A stretch of DNA of 64,000 bases from Betaproteobacteria bacterium SG8_41. GTDB lineage: Bacteria > Pseudomonadota > Gammaproteobacteria > Burkholderiales > SG8-41. Position numbers and translations under genes: made by a program. The DNA lies in assembly GCA_001303585.1 (NCBI GenBank), contig LJTT01000018.1, positions 12,810 to 76,809 on the forward strand, given 5' to 3'. Under the pieces are notes generated by a model. The model was not told the origin of the DNA and made no database searches. It saw only the letters and a program-made list of their open reading frames with translations. This document shows, one piece after another, positions 1-10,209 of the stretch (the first letter of the stretch is position 1; each line of letters opens with the position of its first letter).

Positions 1-89
1 GTAGCGCTGCGCTACCCCCCAAAACCGCCTGGCGGCCAGACGCGGCAGGGGGCGTGAGGTTCAATCGGGAAAGAGCGGCTCATCTTCAC

Positions 90-124
90 CGCCTCCCCTT
101 CTGCCGCCTGGAGAAGGGGAGGCG
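90..124. repeat. Perfect 13-bp inverted repeat (cgcctccccttct / agaaggggaggcg, 9-nt loop), followed by a REP-like G/C-rich imperfect palindrome to about 165
   Basis: Arms 90-102 and 112-124 are exact reverse complements; the region is intergenic. Confidence 0.7.
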
Positions 125-361
125 ATCGTCACCTCTCCCCCGCGGGGCAAGGAGCAGGGGTGAGGGGCTGGATGCCAATAACGGGATATCGGCTGACGTG
201 CGCGGAGAACCGCGCATCGAATCAAGACCCGCCGATCTTCAGCGCCGATCTGCGGCTAATTTCCTGCGCCCAGCGCTGTCTGACGATTCATGATTTGCGA
301 TTTCCGGTTTACCGATGGCCGTTGCTCGGCTATCGCCCTCCGATCGCAGGCAGCCGTAGCG

Positions 362-1105
362 CTAAGAAAGAGCGCGATAAATGAGAGACGCCCCGATCAG
401 GAGGAGCAGCACGCTCACCAGCCGCAACGTCGCCTCGCGCGAGATGCGGCGCTGAAGGCGGTTTCCGACCCACAGGCCCGCAAGTGCAAACGGCGCAAGC
501 ATGACGAAGCCGATCAGCCGGTCCGCGAGCATCAGGCCGCTTGCAAGAAAAACCAGGGCGCGGATGGAAACCGAGAACAGCACCATGTTCGAGAGCGTGG
601 CCCGATAGGCGCGCAGATCGGTCTTGCGCCGGGAGAGGTAGATCGCATAGGGCGGCGCGCCGATCCCGAATAGCGTGCCGAGCACACCGCCCGCAAGGCC
701 CGAAACGGGCGCCCAACCGCGCCCGACGATGGATACTTTTCCACCCCGGTGGAGGGCGTGAGCGCCGTACGCGATCAGAAAGACACCAAGCGCCACGATC
801 GTTGCCGCCCGCGGCAGGCTGACGAGCAGCGTCACCCCCAGGACGGCGCCGATCAAGCAGGCGGGCACCATCAGCTTCAGCTCCGATTTGTCCGCCTCGC
901 GCGAGAACCGCGTCCCGAGCGCGAGCGCCGCCGAGACGTCAAGCAGCACGGACAGGGGCAGCACGAAGTCGAGGGGAAAGAACTGCGACAACAGGGGCAC
1001 CGTAAAGAGCGCTGCCCCGAAAGCCGTGATGCCGAAGATTATGTAGGCCGCGCCAACACCCGCCGCTGCGATCATGTAGGTCTGCAGGTCGAACGGGACG
1101 GTCAT
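362..1105 (-). CDS. TauE/SafE (DUF81) family sulfite-exporter-like membrane protein
   Basis: Multi-TM, Gly/Ala/Leu-rich protein of about 247 aa with DUF81-like organisation. ATG at 1105 is preferred over the track's TTG at 1117. Confidence 0.75.
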   Translation of the reverse strand: MTVPFDLQTYMIAAAGVGAAYIIFGITAFGAALFTVPLLSQFFPLDFVLPLSVLLDVSAALALGTRFSREADKSELKLMVPACLIGAVLGVTLLVSLPRAATIVALGVFLIAYGAHALHRGGKVSIVGRGWAPVSGLAGGVLGTLFGIGAPPYAIYLSRRKTDLRAYRATLSNMVLFSVSIRALVFLASGLMLADRLIGFVMLAPFALAGLWVGNRLQRRISREATLRLVSVLLLLIGASLIYRALS

Positions 1106-1107
1106 GG

Positions 1108-1140
1108 CGAAAAACAACGCCGGTGTTTTTCACCGGCGTT
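1108..1140 (-). terminator. Rho-independent terminator downstream of pilU
   Basis: 10-bp stem aacgccggtg/caccggcgtt (1116-1125 / 1131-1140), 5-nt loop, then GTTTTT on the minus strand. Confidence 0.55.
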
Positions 1141-1222
1141 TGGCTTCGGAAGATGTCGGCGGAGCAGCGCTCGTTGGGCCGGCCCGGAGCGCCGAACCTG
1201 GCCCGGCGTGCAGCGTCCCGGA

Positions 1223-2359
1223 TCACACGATGTTGAGATGCTCGATCCCGGTCATGATGTCCTTGTCTTTCGCTTCCTTGCCATGGAGCTTGATCATCAG
1301 GCGCAGCTCGTTCACGGAGTCGGCGTTTCTCAAGGCATCCTCATAGCTGATCAGGTCCTGCTCATAGAGCTCGAACAGGTGCTGGTCGAAGGTCTGCATG
1401 CCAAGCTCGCGCGATTTCCCCATGATCTGCTTGATCTCGTGCACCTCGCCCTTGAAGATCAGATCCGCGATCAGCGGGGAGTTCAGCAGCACTTCCACCG
1501 CGGCGATGCGCCCCTTACCGTCTTTTTTCGGAATCAGCCGCTGCGACACGATCGCCCGCACGTTGAGCGAGAGATCCATCAACAGCTGCTGTTTACGCGC
1601 CTCCGGGAAGAAGTTGATGATGCGATCGAGCGCCTGGTTCGCGCTGTTGGCATGCAACGTCGCCATGCACAGATGCCCCGTCTCCGAGAATGCGATCGCA
1701 TAATCCATGGTGTCCATGTCGCGGATCTCACCGATCAGGATGACGTCGGGAGCCTGCCGCAGGGTGTTCTTTAGCGCCGCATGCCAGCTATCGGTGTCCA
1801 CGCCCACCTCACGCTGCGTGATCACGCAATTCCTGTGCTCGTGCACGAACTCGATCGGATCCTCGATGGTGATGATATGGCCGTAGCTGTTCTCGTTACG
1901 ATAGCCGGTCATCGCCGCCAGGGTCGTCGATTTCCCCGAACCGGTGGCACCGACCATGATGATAAGGCCGCGCTTCGTCATGCAAATATCCTTGAGGATG
2001 CCCGGCAGGTTGAGCTCCTCGAAGCCCGGAATGATCGTGGTAATGGGCCGCGCAACTAACCCGATTCGCCCTTGCTGAACGAAAGCGTTCATGCGAAAAC
2101 GGCCGATTTCTGGCGGGTTGATCGCGAAATTGCATTCCTTCGTCGCCTCGAACTCCTGCGCCTGCTTGTCATTCATCAACGCGCGCGCGAGTTCGGCGGT
2201 GTGCTGCGGAGTCAGCGGCTGATTGGCGACGGGTGTCATCCTGCCATCGAGCTTGATGGCGGGCGGGTAGCCCGCCGTGAGGAAGAGGTCGGAGGCGTTC
2301 TTCGCCACCAGCGCCTTCAACAAGTCGTGCATGAACCTTACTGCCTGGTCTCGATCCAT
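1223..2359 (-). CDS. pilU: Type IV pilus retraction ATPase PilU
   Basis: About 378 aa with a Walker A GATGSGKST motif and a PilT/PilU-family sequence throughout. ATG at 2359 follows a GAGGAG RBS; the track's N-terminal extension is rejected. Confidence 0.9.
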   Translation of the reverse strand: MDRDQAVRFMHDLLKALVAKNASDLFLTAGYPPAIKLDGRMTPVANQPLTPQHTAELARALMNDKQAQEFEATKECNFAINPPEIGRFRMNAFVQQGRIGLVARPITTIIPGFEELNLPGILKDICMTKRGLIIMVGATGSGKSTTLAAMTGYRNENSYGHIITIEDPIEFVHEHRNCVITQREVGVDTDSWHAALKNTLRQAPDVILIGEIRDMDTMDYAIAFSETGHLCMATLHANSANQALDRIINFFPEARKQQLLMDLSLNVRAIVSQRLIPKKDGKGRIAAVEVLLNSPLIADLIFKGEVHEIKQIMGKSRELGMQTFDQHLFELYEQDLISYEDALRNADSVNELRLMIKLHGKEAKDKDIMTGIEHLNIV

Positions 2360-2396
2360 GAGCGTCTCCTCGAATTCTCGGTTTCTGCGCTCCCGG

Positions 2397-3437
2397 TTAA
2401 CGGAACATGTCCTTGTTCGCCGCCTTCGCGCGCGCTTCGTCAACCGACACAACGTTGCGCTTGACCAGCTCCTGCAGGTTCTGGTCCAGCGTCTGCATGC
2501 CCAGCTGCTGCCCGGTCTGAATGGCCGAGTACATCTGCGCGACCTTGTTCTCGCGGATCAGGTTGCGGATCGCGGGCGTGCCGACCATGATCTCGTGTGC
2601 GGCCACCCGTCCGGTGCCATCACGCGTCTTGAGCAGCGTCTGTGAAATGACCGCGCGCAGCGACTCGGAAAGCATCGCGCGCACCATGTCCTTTTCCTCC
2701 GCCGGGAAGACGTCGATGATCCGGTCGATCGTTTTCGCTGCCGAACTGGTGTGCAGGGTGCCGAATACCAGGTGGCCGGTCTCTGCCGCCGTCATGGCCA
2801 GACGGATCGTCTCGAGATCGCGCATCTCGCCGACCAGAATGATGTCGGGGTCCTCCCGCAGAGCCGAGCGCAGCGCATTGGCGAAGGACAGGGTGTGCGG
2901 CCCGACCTCGCGCTGATTGACGAGGCATTTCTTCGACTCGTGCACGAATTCGATCGGGTCCTCGACTGTGAGAATATGGCCGTATTCATTTTCGTTGAGA
3001 TAGTCGATCATGGCCGCCAGCGTTGTCGACTTGCCCGAACCCGTCGGTCCCGTCACGAGCACGACCCCGCGCGGCTGGCTGGAAATGTCGACGAACACTT
3101 TCGGGCATTTCAGCTCTTCCAGCGTGAGCACCTTCGAAGGTATCGTCCGGAACACGGCGCCCGCGCCGCGGTGCTGCACGAATGCATTCACCCGGAAACG
3201 CGCGAGGTTCGGGATCGAGAATGAGAAGTCGCATTCCAGGTTTTCCTCGTAGAACTTGCGCTGGCCATCGTTCATGATGTCGTACACCATGGCGTGCACG
3301 TCCTTATGCTCCAGCGCCGGCAGGTTGATGCGCCGCACGTCCCCATGCACGCGGATCATGGGCGGCAGCCCGGCCGAGAGATGCAGGTCCGAGGCCTTGT
3401 TCTTGACGACAAATGCTAGCAGTTCAGAGATGTCCAT
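2397..3437 (-). CDS. pilT: Twitching motility ATPase PilT
   Basis: 346 aa. N-terminus MDISELLAFVVKNKASDLHLSAGLPPMIRVHGDVRRI and GPTGSGKST are canonical PilT features. Confidence 0.95.
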   Translation of the reverse strand: MDISELLAFVVKNKASDLHLSAGLPPMIRVHGDVRRINLPALEHKDVHAMVYDIMNDGQRKFYEENLECDFSFSIPNLARFRVNAFVQHRGAGAVFRTIPSKVLTLEELKCPKVFVDISSQPRGVVLVTGPTGSGKSTTLAAMIDYLNENEYGHILTVEDPIEFVHESKKCLVNQREVGPHTLSFANALRSALREDPDIILVGEMRDLETIRLAMTAAETGHLVFGTLHTSSAAKTIDRIIDVFPAEEKDMVRAMLSESLRAVISQTLLKTRDGTGRVAAHEIMVGTPAIRNLIRENKVAQMYSAIQTGQQLGMQTLDQNLQELVKRNVVSVDEARAKAANKDMFR

Positions 3438-3529
3438 TTATAATGCTCCAAGTTCAAGTTGGGCCTCGGAAACACGCGTTAACGCGCTGATTTTACTTTT
3501 AAACATGAGCCTTCAGCCCGCGGGAGATT

Positions 3530-4324
3530 ATGGCCACAATCGCTGAGAACTTGCAAGCAGTTCGCTCACGAATCGGGCGTGCTGCGCAGGTTGCGGGCCG
3601 GAATGCTGAGGAGATCCTGCTGCTCGCGGTGAGCAAGAACTTTCCCGCCGCGCGCATCATTGAGGCATATGTCGCAGGTCAGCGCGCGTTTGGCGAGAGC
3701 TTTGCGCAAGAGGCTGTGGAAAAAATCACGGAACTCGCCTCGAAGCCGCTCGAGTGGCAGATCGCGCAGGTCTGTTGCAAAAACGATCGCGCTGGGGGCA
3801 AGGCGCCCGCTCCCTCCCCCGGGATGGCGTCTCCGCAGGGGTCCGGGTTACCTGCCCTGGAGTGGCATTTCATCGGCCCGATCCAGAGCAACAAGACTCG
3901 CGCGATCGCCGAACATTTTCAATGGGTGCACAGCATCGAGCGCGAGAAGATTGCGGTGCGTCTCAACAACGCCCGGCCCGCGGGCCTGCCGCCGCTCGAA
4001 GTGTGTATCCAGGTCAACGTCAGCGGCGAGCGCAGCAAGAGCGGCGTTGCGCCGGGCGGAGAAGTGCGGCTCGCGGACGCCATCGCGCAGCTGCCGCGGC
4101 TGAGACTGCGCGGCTTGATGGCGATACCCGAACCGTCGCCCGACGCGGGCGTGCAGCGGCGCCGGTTCGCCTTGCTGCGGGAACTGCGGGACGGGCTCGT
4201 TGCGCGTGGCCACGTCCTGGACACGCTCTCGATGGGCATGTCCGATGACTTCGAAGCCGCAATCATGGAGGGCGCGACAATCGTGCGCGTCGGCACGGCG
4301 ATCTTCGGCCCCCGAAATCGGTGA
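3530..4324 (+). CDS. yggS: YggS-family PLP-binding homeostasis protein carrying a 36-codon in-frame insertion
   Basis: Full-length YggS similarity (LEWHFIGPIQSNKT, GLMAIP, LSMGMSDD). Residues QIAQVCC...GLPALEW are extra compared with E. coli YggS. Confidence 0.9.
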   Translation: MATIAENLQAVRSRIGRAAQVAGRNAEEILLLAVSKNFPAARIIEAYVAGQRAFGESFAQEAVEKITELASKPLEWQIAQVCCKNDRAGGKAPAPSPGMASPQGSGLPALEWHFIGPIQSNKTRAIAEHFQWVHSIEREKIAVRLNNARPAGLPPLEVCIQVNVSGERSKSGVAPGGEVRLADAIAQLPRLRLRGLMAIPEPSPDAGVQRRRFALLRELRDGLVARGHVLDTLSMGMSDDFEAAIMEGATIVRVGTAIFGPRNR

Positions 4325-4411
4325 CCGGTGGCCGGTAATCAACAACTCGAACCGCTGTTAACATAGCCGTTATGCTCGAACGGATCACGGGTCACGGGTC
4401 GCGGGTCACGC
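4321..4411. repeat. Paired heptamer arrays in the yggS>proC spacer: gtgaccg gtggccg gtaatca (4321-4341) and atcacgg gtcacgg gtcgcgg gtcacgc (4384-4411)
   Basis: Tandem 7-bp units read directly. The right array plus one 7-nt unit ends exactly at the proC ATG at 4419. Confidence 0.85.
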
Positions 4412-4418
4412 AGTTATC

Positions 4419-5231
4419 ATGAACATCACGTTCATCGGGGGCGGCAACATGGCGGGCGCCATGATAGGCGGCCTGATCAAGCAGGGCTGGACGCCCGCTT
4501 CCATCACCGTGATCGAGATTGCGGCGGCCGCGCGCGCGCAGCTCGAGTCGCGCCTGAAGGTGAAGACGGCGCCGGCTGTCGACGCCACCGCCCTGGCGGC
4601 CGACTGCATCGTTCTCGCCGTCAAGCCGCAACAGATGCGGGAAGTGGCCCAGGCCCTTTCAGCTTTTTTGCGCGCGCAACTCGTCATCACGATTGCGGCC
4701 GGGATTCGCCTGGTCGATCTTTCGCGCTGGCTCGGGGGACATCCGCGGATTGTGCGCGTCATGCCCAATACGCCGGCCCTGGCGCTGGCCGGGATTTCCG
4801 CGCTCTATGCCGCGCCGGGCGTTGACGCCGAGGACCGGACCGCCGCCGAGCAGATCCTTGGAGCCGTCGGCGCGACGGTGTGGCTGGACCGCGAACAGGA
4901 CCTCGACGCGGTGACGGCCGTGTCAGGCAGCGGCCCGGCTTATGTGTTCTACTTCATCGAGGCGCTGGAGCGGGCGGCGGGCGAGCTCGGCCTGGGACAG
5001 GACGCGGCTCGCAAACTCGCCCTGGAAACGTTCGTCGGCGCGGTCAAGCTCGCGTGCGAGTCCGGCGAATCCCCGGCCACATTGCGTGCCCGCGTCACTT
5101 CCAAGGGAGGCACGACCGAGCGGGCGCTTCTCTCCCTGGAGGCAGACGGCGTTAAGGATGCCATCGCGCGCGCGGTGCGGGCTGCTGCGGAGCGCTCGCG
5201 CGAGCTCGGCGACGAGCTAGGCAAGGATTAG
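4419..5231 (+). CDS. proC: Pyrroline-5-carboxylate reductase
   Basis: 270 aa with N-terminal FIGGGNMAGAMIGGL and C-terminal TSKGGTTE motifs. Confidence 0.95.
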   Translation: MNITFIGGGNMAGAMIGGLIKQGWTPASITVIEIAAAARAQLESRLKVKTAPAVDATALAADCIVLAVKPQQMREVAQALSAFLRAQLVITIAAGIRLVDLSRWLGGHPRIVRVMPNTPALALAGISALYAAPGVDAEDRTAAEQILGAVGATVWLDREQDLDAVTAVSGSGPAYVFYFIEALERAAGELGLGQDAARKLALETFVGAVKLACESGESPATLRARVTSKGGTTERALLSLEADGVKDAIARAVRAAAERSRELGDELGKD

Positions 5232-5235
5232 ACAA

Positions 5236-5306
5236 CGTGAGCCGTGATCCGCAAGAGGCTCGCTGTGGCATGCGTCGTCTGATCGGCTCACGGTTCACGC
5301 ATCACT
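5236..5306. repeat. Paired heptamer arrays in the proC>yggT spacer: cgtgagc cgtgatc (5236-5249) and gctcacg gttcacg catcact (5286-5306)
   Basis: Read directly; GTGA-core units on the left and TCAC-core units on the right. Confidence 0.75.
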
Positions 5307-5325
5307 TTTTTGGATGAAATAACCG

Positions 5326-5901
5326 GTGCTATCGGGCGCGCTGATATTCCTGGCCAACGTCGTGTTCGGCCTGTTTACAGTGGCGCTGCTGCTGCGCTTC
5401 TACCTGCAATGGGCGCGCGCGCCTTACCGCAATCCGCTCTCCGAATTTCTGCACGCCCTCACCGATTTCATGGTGCGGCCGACAAGACGCGTCATACCGG
5501 GTTTGTGGGGCATGGATCTCGCGACATTGATTCTCGCGTGGCTTGCCCAGTGCATCAATCTGTTCCTCGAGTTCCAGCTGCGGGGCTATCAGGCGGGCCC
5601 GCAGGCGGGCCTCGCCTTCGTCGGGCTCATCGCACTGGCCGCGCTGACGCTCCTGAAAATCAGCCTCTATATCGTCATGGTGGCGGTCATCGTGCAAGCC
5701 GTCCTCACGTGGATTGGCCCGTACAGCCCGTTGATGCCCCTGCTCAACACCCTGACACGCCCGTTCCTGCGCGTTTTCCAGCGGCGAATCCCGCCTATCG
5801 GCAACGTCGATCTCTCCCCGATCTTTGTTCTGGTGGTCTGTCAGCTTCTGCTGATGGTGCCGGTAGCCTACCTCGAGGTGTCGGTGGCGAGATTGTTCTA
5901 A
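5326..5901 (+). CDS. yggT: YggT family membrane protein
   Basis: 191-aa four-TM protein in the conserved yggS-proC-yggT-yggU context; GTG start. Confidence 0.85.
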   Translation: MLSGALIFLANVVFGLFTVALLLRFYLQWARAPYRNPLSEFLHALTDFMVRPTRRVIPGLWGMDLATLILAWLAQCINLFLEFQLRGYQAGPQAGLAFVGLIALAALTLLKISLYIVMVAVIVQAVLTWIGPYSPLMPLLNTLTRPFLRVFQRRIPPIGNVDLSPIFVLVVCQLLLMVPVAYLEVSVARLF

Positions 5902-5903
5902 GG

Positions 5904-5978
5904 CGTAAGCAGTGAGCGGATTCTTAAGAAAAGAATGTATTTCCCATGACCTCTGACCGCTTACGGCTTACCGGTTAC
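5904..5978. repeat. Paired heptamer arrays in the yggT>yggU spacer: cgtaagc agtgagc (5904-5917) and ctctgac cgcttac ggcttac cggttac (5951-5978)
   Basis: Read directly. The core here is GTAAG/GTGAG on the left and TTAC/TGAC on the right, so still complementary. Confidence 0.75.
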
Positions 5979-5989
5979 GATTTCGCTCC

Positions 5990-6325
5990 GTGACATCGAG
6001 CTGGCACCGCTACGATTCGGCGCGGCACTGCCTGATCCTGACCGTGCACGTTCAGCCCAACGCGAGAAATAGCCAGTTCGTGGGACTGCACGGCGATGCG
6101 TTGAAGGTGAAAATTGCGGCGCCAGCGGTGGACAACAAGGCAAACGCCGCTCTGATCGAATTCTTGAGCGTAACGCTCGGCGTTCAAAAATCCGTGATGG
6201 CGATTCGCCGCGGCGCGACCGGCCGCCGCAAAGTCGTGGAAATCACCGGCGGCCCCGAACTGGCTGCGCTGCTGGAAAAGCTGCTGGACGAGGAAAATCA
6301 TCAACCGCGGAACGACAAGGGATGA
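5990..6325 (+). CDS. yggU: DUF167 (YggU) family protein
   Basis: 111 aa; the VQPNARN...KVKIAAPAVDNKANAALIEFL motif is typical of DUF167. Confidence 0.85.
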   Translation: MTSSWHRYDSARHCLILTVHVQPNARNSQFVGLHGDALKVKIAAPAVDNKANAALIEFLSVTLGVQKSVMAIRRGATGRRKVVEITGGPELAALLEKLLDEENHQPRNDKG

Positions 6326-6424
6326 CACGGACGCAAACCCGAATCAGAAGGGCGCTGCGGTGGGTCAATGGTTTCTGTGTGGTTCCGCGGCCGCGTTGTC
6401 TGCGAGGTGGCTTCGCATCACGGT

Positions 6425-7885
<1,461 letters not shown>

Positions 7886-7898
7886 AACGGGAGCGCGT

Positions 7899-8519
7899 CT
7901 ACGGTATCGAGACGTTGAAGCGGGCCAGCAGCTCTGCGGTCTCTGCGAGCGGCAGCCCCATGATACCGGAGTAGCTTCCCGCGATGCGCGTGACGAAGGC
8001 GCCCGCGCGCCCCTGAATGGCGTATGCCCCGGCTTTGTCTCTAGGCTCGCCGCTCGCGACGTAGCGCCGGATCTCGGCCTCGTCGAGCTCCCGGAACCAA
8101 ACGCTCGAGACCGAGATCTGGGTTTCGACCTGGTCCCGCAGCGCCAAGGCGATGGCCGTAATCACCTGGTGCTCGCGGCCAGAGAGCGTGCGAAGGATAC
8201 GCACTGCGTGCTCCGTGTCATCCGGCTTGCCGATCAGCTGCTCATCGAAGACGACCGACGTGTCGGCCGCGAGCACCGGCTTAATCGGCAGCCCGCGCTG
8301 GGCGACCTGGCGCATTCCTGTCGTCGCCTTGGCGTTCGCGATACGCAGCGCGTAGACGCCAGGCGATTCATCCGGCAGTGGGGTCTCGTCCACGTCCACG
8401 CCACGCCGCAAATCCTCGCGCAACAGCAACAGCTCGAACGGCACGCCGATCTGCTTGAGCAGTTCGCGCCGCCGCGGGCTGCGCGAGGCGAGGTAGATGC
8501 GTTTGTCGGCAACACTCAT
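7899..8519 (-). CDS. maf: Maf-like nucleoside triphosphate pyrophosphatase
   Basis: 206 aa; LASRSPRRRELL and GAYAIQG motifs. Confidence 0.9.
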   Translation of the reverse strand: MSVADKRIYLASRSPRRRELLKQIGVPFELLLLREDLRRGVDVDETPLPDESPGVYALRIANAKATTGMRQVAQRGLPIKPVLAADTSVVFDEQLIGKPDDTEHAVRILRTLSGREHQVITAIALALRDQVETQISVSSVWFRELDEAEIRRYVASGEPRDKAGAYAIQGRAGAFVTRIAGSYSGIMGLPLAETAELLARFNVSIP

Positions 8520-8616
8520 GTTCTGATAAATGTTTTTGGCAAACCGTCAAAGGCAAAAGCGGCGAACGGCGATTCCCGCCCGATCATACGGCCTCCCGCG
8601 GGGAGGCGGGTGCCGT

Positions 8617-9093
8617 TCACGGCTTACCCTCCCCGCGATGATAAGGGTGATTGTGCAGTATTGATGCGGCGCGATAAAGCTGCTCTGCCAGCAGGACGCG
8701 AGCCAGCCCGTGCGGGAGCGTCAGAGGGGAAAGAGACCAGACTGCGTCCGAGCATTTTTTCACGTTTTCGGACAGCCCGTCGGCCCCGCCGATGAGGAAA
8801 GCGATGTTGCTTCCGCTCTGGCGCCAGCGTGCAAGCCGCCTCGCCAGATCCATCGTCGTGATTGCGGTCCCGCGCTCGTCCAGCGCAGTTATGGCGCACC
8901 CTTCAGGCACGGCGGCGAGAATCCGCTCGCCTTCGCTGTCGATGGCACGCCGCTCGCCACCGCCCCGATGCGCGGGTTTGAGCGCGACGAGTTCGACTCT
9001 CATCTCGCGCGGCATGCGCCCCGCGTAATCGGCAAAACCGGCGTCCACCCAGCCCGGCATGCGGTGTCCAACCGCCACAATGAAAAACTTCAT
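8617..9093 (-). CDS. rlmH: 23S rRNA (pseudouridine1915-N3)-methyltransferase RlmH
   Basis: 158 aa with a SPOUT-family sequence, in rsfS-rlmH context. Confidence 0.95.
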   Translation of the reverse strand: MKFFIVAVGHRMPGWVDAGFADYAGRMPREMRVELVALKPAHRGGGERRAIDSEGERILAAVPEGCAITALDERGTAITTMDLARRLARWRQSGSNIAFLIGGADGLSENVKKCSDAVWSLSPLTLPHGLARVLLAEQLYRAASILHNHPYHRGEGKP

Positions 9094-9108
9094 GGCGGCG
9101 GCTCGCCG

Positions 9109-9443
9109 TCAGGACGGGACAGCGCGGCGCCCGCGGCGCACCTTGCGCACCGGCGGCCCCCAGAGCTCTTCCAGGTCGTAGTACTTCCGGATGGCCGGCT
9201 GCATGATGTGGACGACCACGGGACCGAGATCGACCAGTATCCACTCCCCTTCGCGCTCGCCCTCCACCCCGTAGACGCGTGCCCCCGCGGCCTTGAGCTT
9301 CTCCTGGACATTGCGTGAAAGCGCCTTGCCCTGATGCGATCGAACAGCGCGGTCAGTCGCTTCACATCGAGCACCACGATGTCGCGTCCCTTGATGTCCT
9401 CAAGCGCGGCAACCGTGGTCTTGACCAGCTTATCGAGTCTCAT
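9109..9443 (-). pseudogene. rsfS: Ribosome silencing factor RsfS, disrupted by a short internal deletion plus frameshift
   Basis: The N-terminal part (LVKTTVAALEDIKGRDIVVLDVKRLTALFDRI) is in one frame. The C-terminal part (QGKALSRNVQEKLKAAGARVYGVEGEREGEWILVDLGPVVVHIMQPAIRKYYDLEELWG) is in another. The junction is near 9331-9340, and about 9-10 conserved residues (the IVASG..SNR block) are missing. Confidence 0.7.
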
Positions 9444-9449
9444 CCACAC

Positions 9450-10106
9450 CTATGAGTAAAGGCCGTTCGACCGAATATAGTCGAGAACGGCAGCGGGCAG
9501 CAAATAGCGTGCGCTCTTGCCCGACCGCAGCGTCTCGCGCAGCGCGGTCGCGGAGATGTCGAGCGCGGTAAGAGGTATCACCACGATCCCGCCTGCGGGC
9601 GAGAGGTGGACCGACAGCAACTGCTGCATCAGGCGCGCGGAGTACTCGCGCGCCAGCGGTTGCGGCATCTGATCGGCCCAGCCCTCTATCGGAAATCCGG
9701 GACGGTGAGCGACCGCGATGTGCGCCAGCCCGAACAGCTCCCGCCAGCGGTGCCATGTCGCAAGTTCGAGAAAGGCATCCGCGCCGAGCAGCACAACGAT
9801 CGCCCGCGCGGGCCCGATTTCTGCCCGCAGCGACGCGAGCGTGTCGAACATGTAGCCGGGTCCCGAGCGATGGATTTCGCGCTCGTCCACACGGAATCTC
9901 GGGTTGCCCTGCGCTGCAAGCCGCGTCATTGCCAGCCGGTGCTCGCTGGAGGCCGCCGGCGCGCTGCGATGTGGCGGCGTGCCGCTGGGCAGCAGACGCA
10001 CCTCGTCCAGCCGGAGCGCTTCCCCGAGCTCCTCGCCCAGGCGCAGATGACCGTAATGTATCGGGTCGAACGTCCCGCCAAGCACGCCGATTGGAGCGGT
10101 TGACAT
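9450..10106 (-). CDS. nadD: Nicotinate-nucleotide adenylyltransferase
   Basis: 218 aa; the GGTFDPIHYGH motif is present. Confidence 0.95.
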   Translation of the reverse strand: MSTAPIGVLGGTFDPIHYGHLRLGEELGEALRLDEVRLLPSGTPPHRSAPAASSEHRLAMTRLAAQGNPRFRVDEREIHRSGPGYMFDTLASLRAEIGPARAIVVLLGADAFLELATWHRWRELFGLAHIAVAHRPGFPIEGWADQMPQPLAREYSARLMQQLLSVHLSPAGGIVVIPLTALDISATALRETLRSGKSARYLLPAAVLDYIRSNGLYS

Positions 10107-10120
10107 GGGTCAACCGCTCC
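10093..10120 (-). promoter_or_regulatory. Perfect 12-bp hairpin enclosing the nadD SD-like GGAG and start codon
   Basis: ggagcggttgac (10093-10104) and gtcaaccgctcc (10109-10120) are exact reverse complements with a 4-nt loop. The ATG (10104-10106) lies at the loop/stem junction. Confidence 0.6.
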
Positions 10121-10201
10121 GGTGATGGGTGATGGGCGATGGGTGATACGTCACGTGCACTACGCCGGCCCGGCACGATTCACGATTCACGATTCACGCC
10201 T
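10121..10201. repeat. Paired heptamer arrays in the aceF>nadD spacer: (ggtgatg)x4 at 10121-10148 and (cacgatt)x3 plus cacgcct at 10174-10201
   Basis: Read directly. The arrays are in inverted orientation around a 25-nt centre that contains cacgtg. Confidence 0.9.
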
Positions 10202-10209
10202 CGCCGGGA

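Noticed and set aside
3475-3486. Perfect 12-bp palindrome CGCGTTAACGCG in the divergent pilT/yggS promoter region
   Set aside because: It is a single occurrence with no second copy in the window and no adjacent regulator. That is not enough to call an operator.
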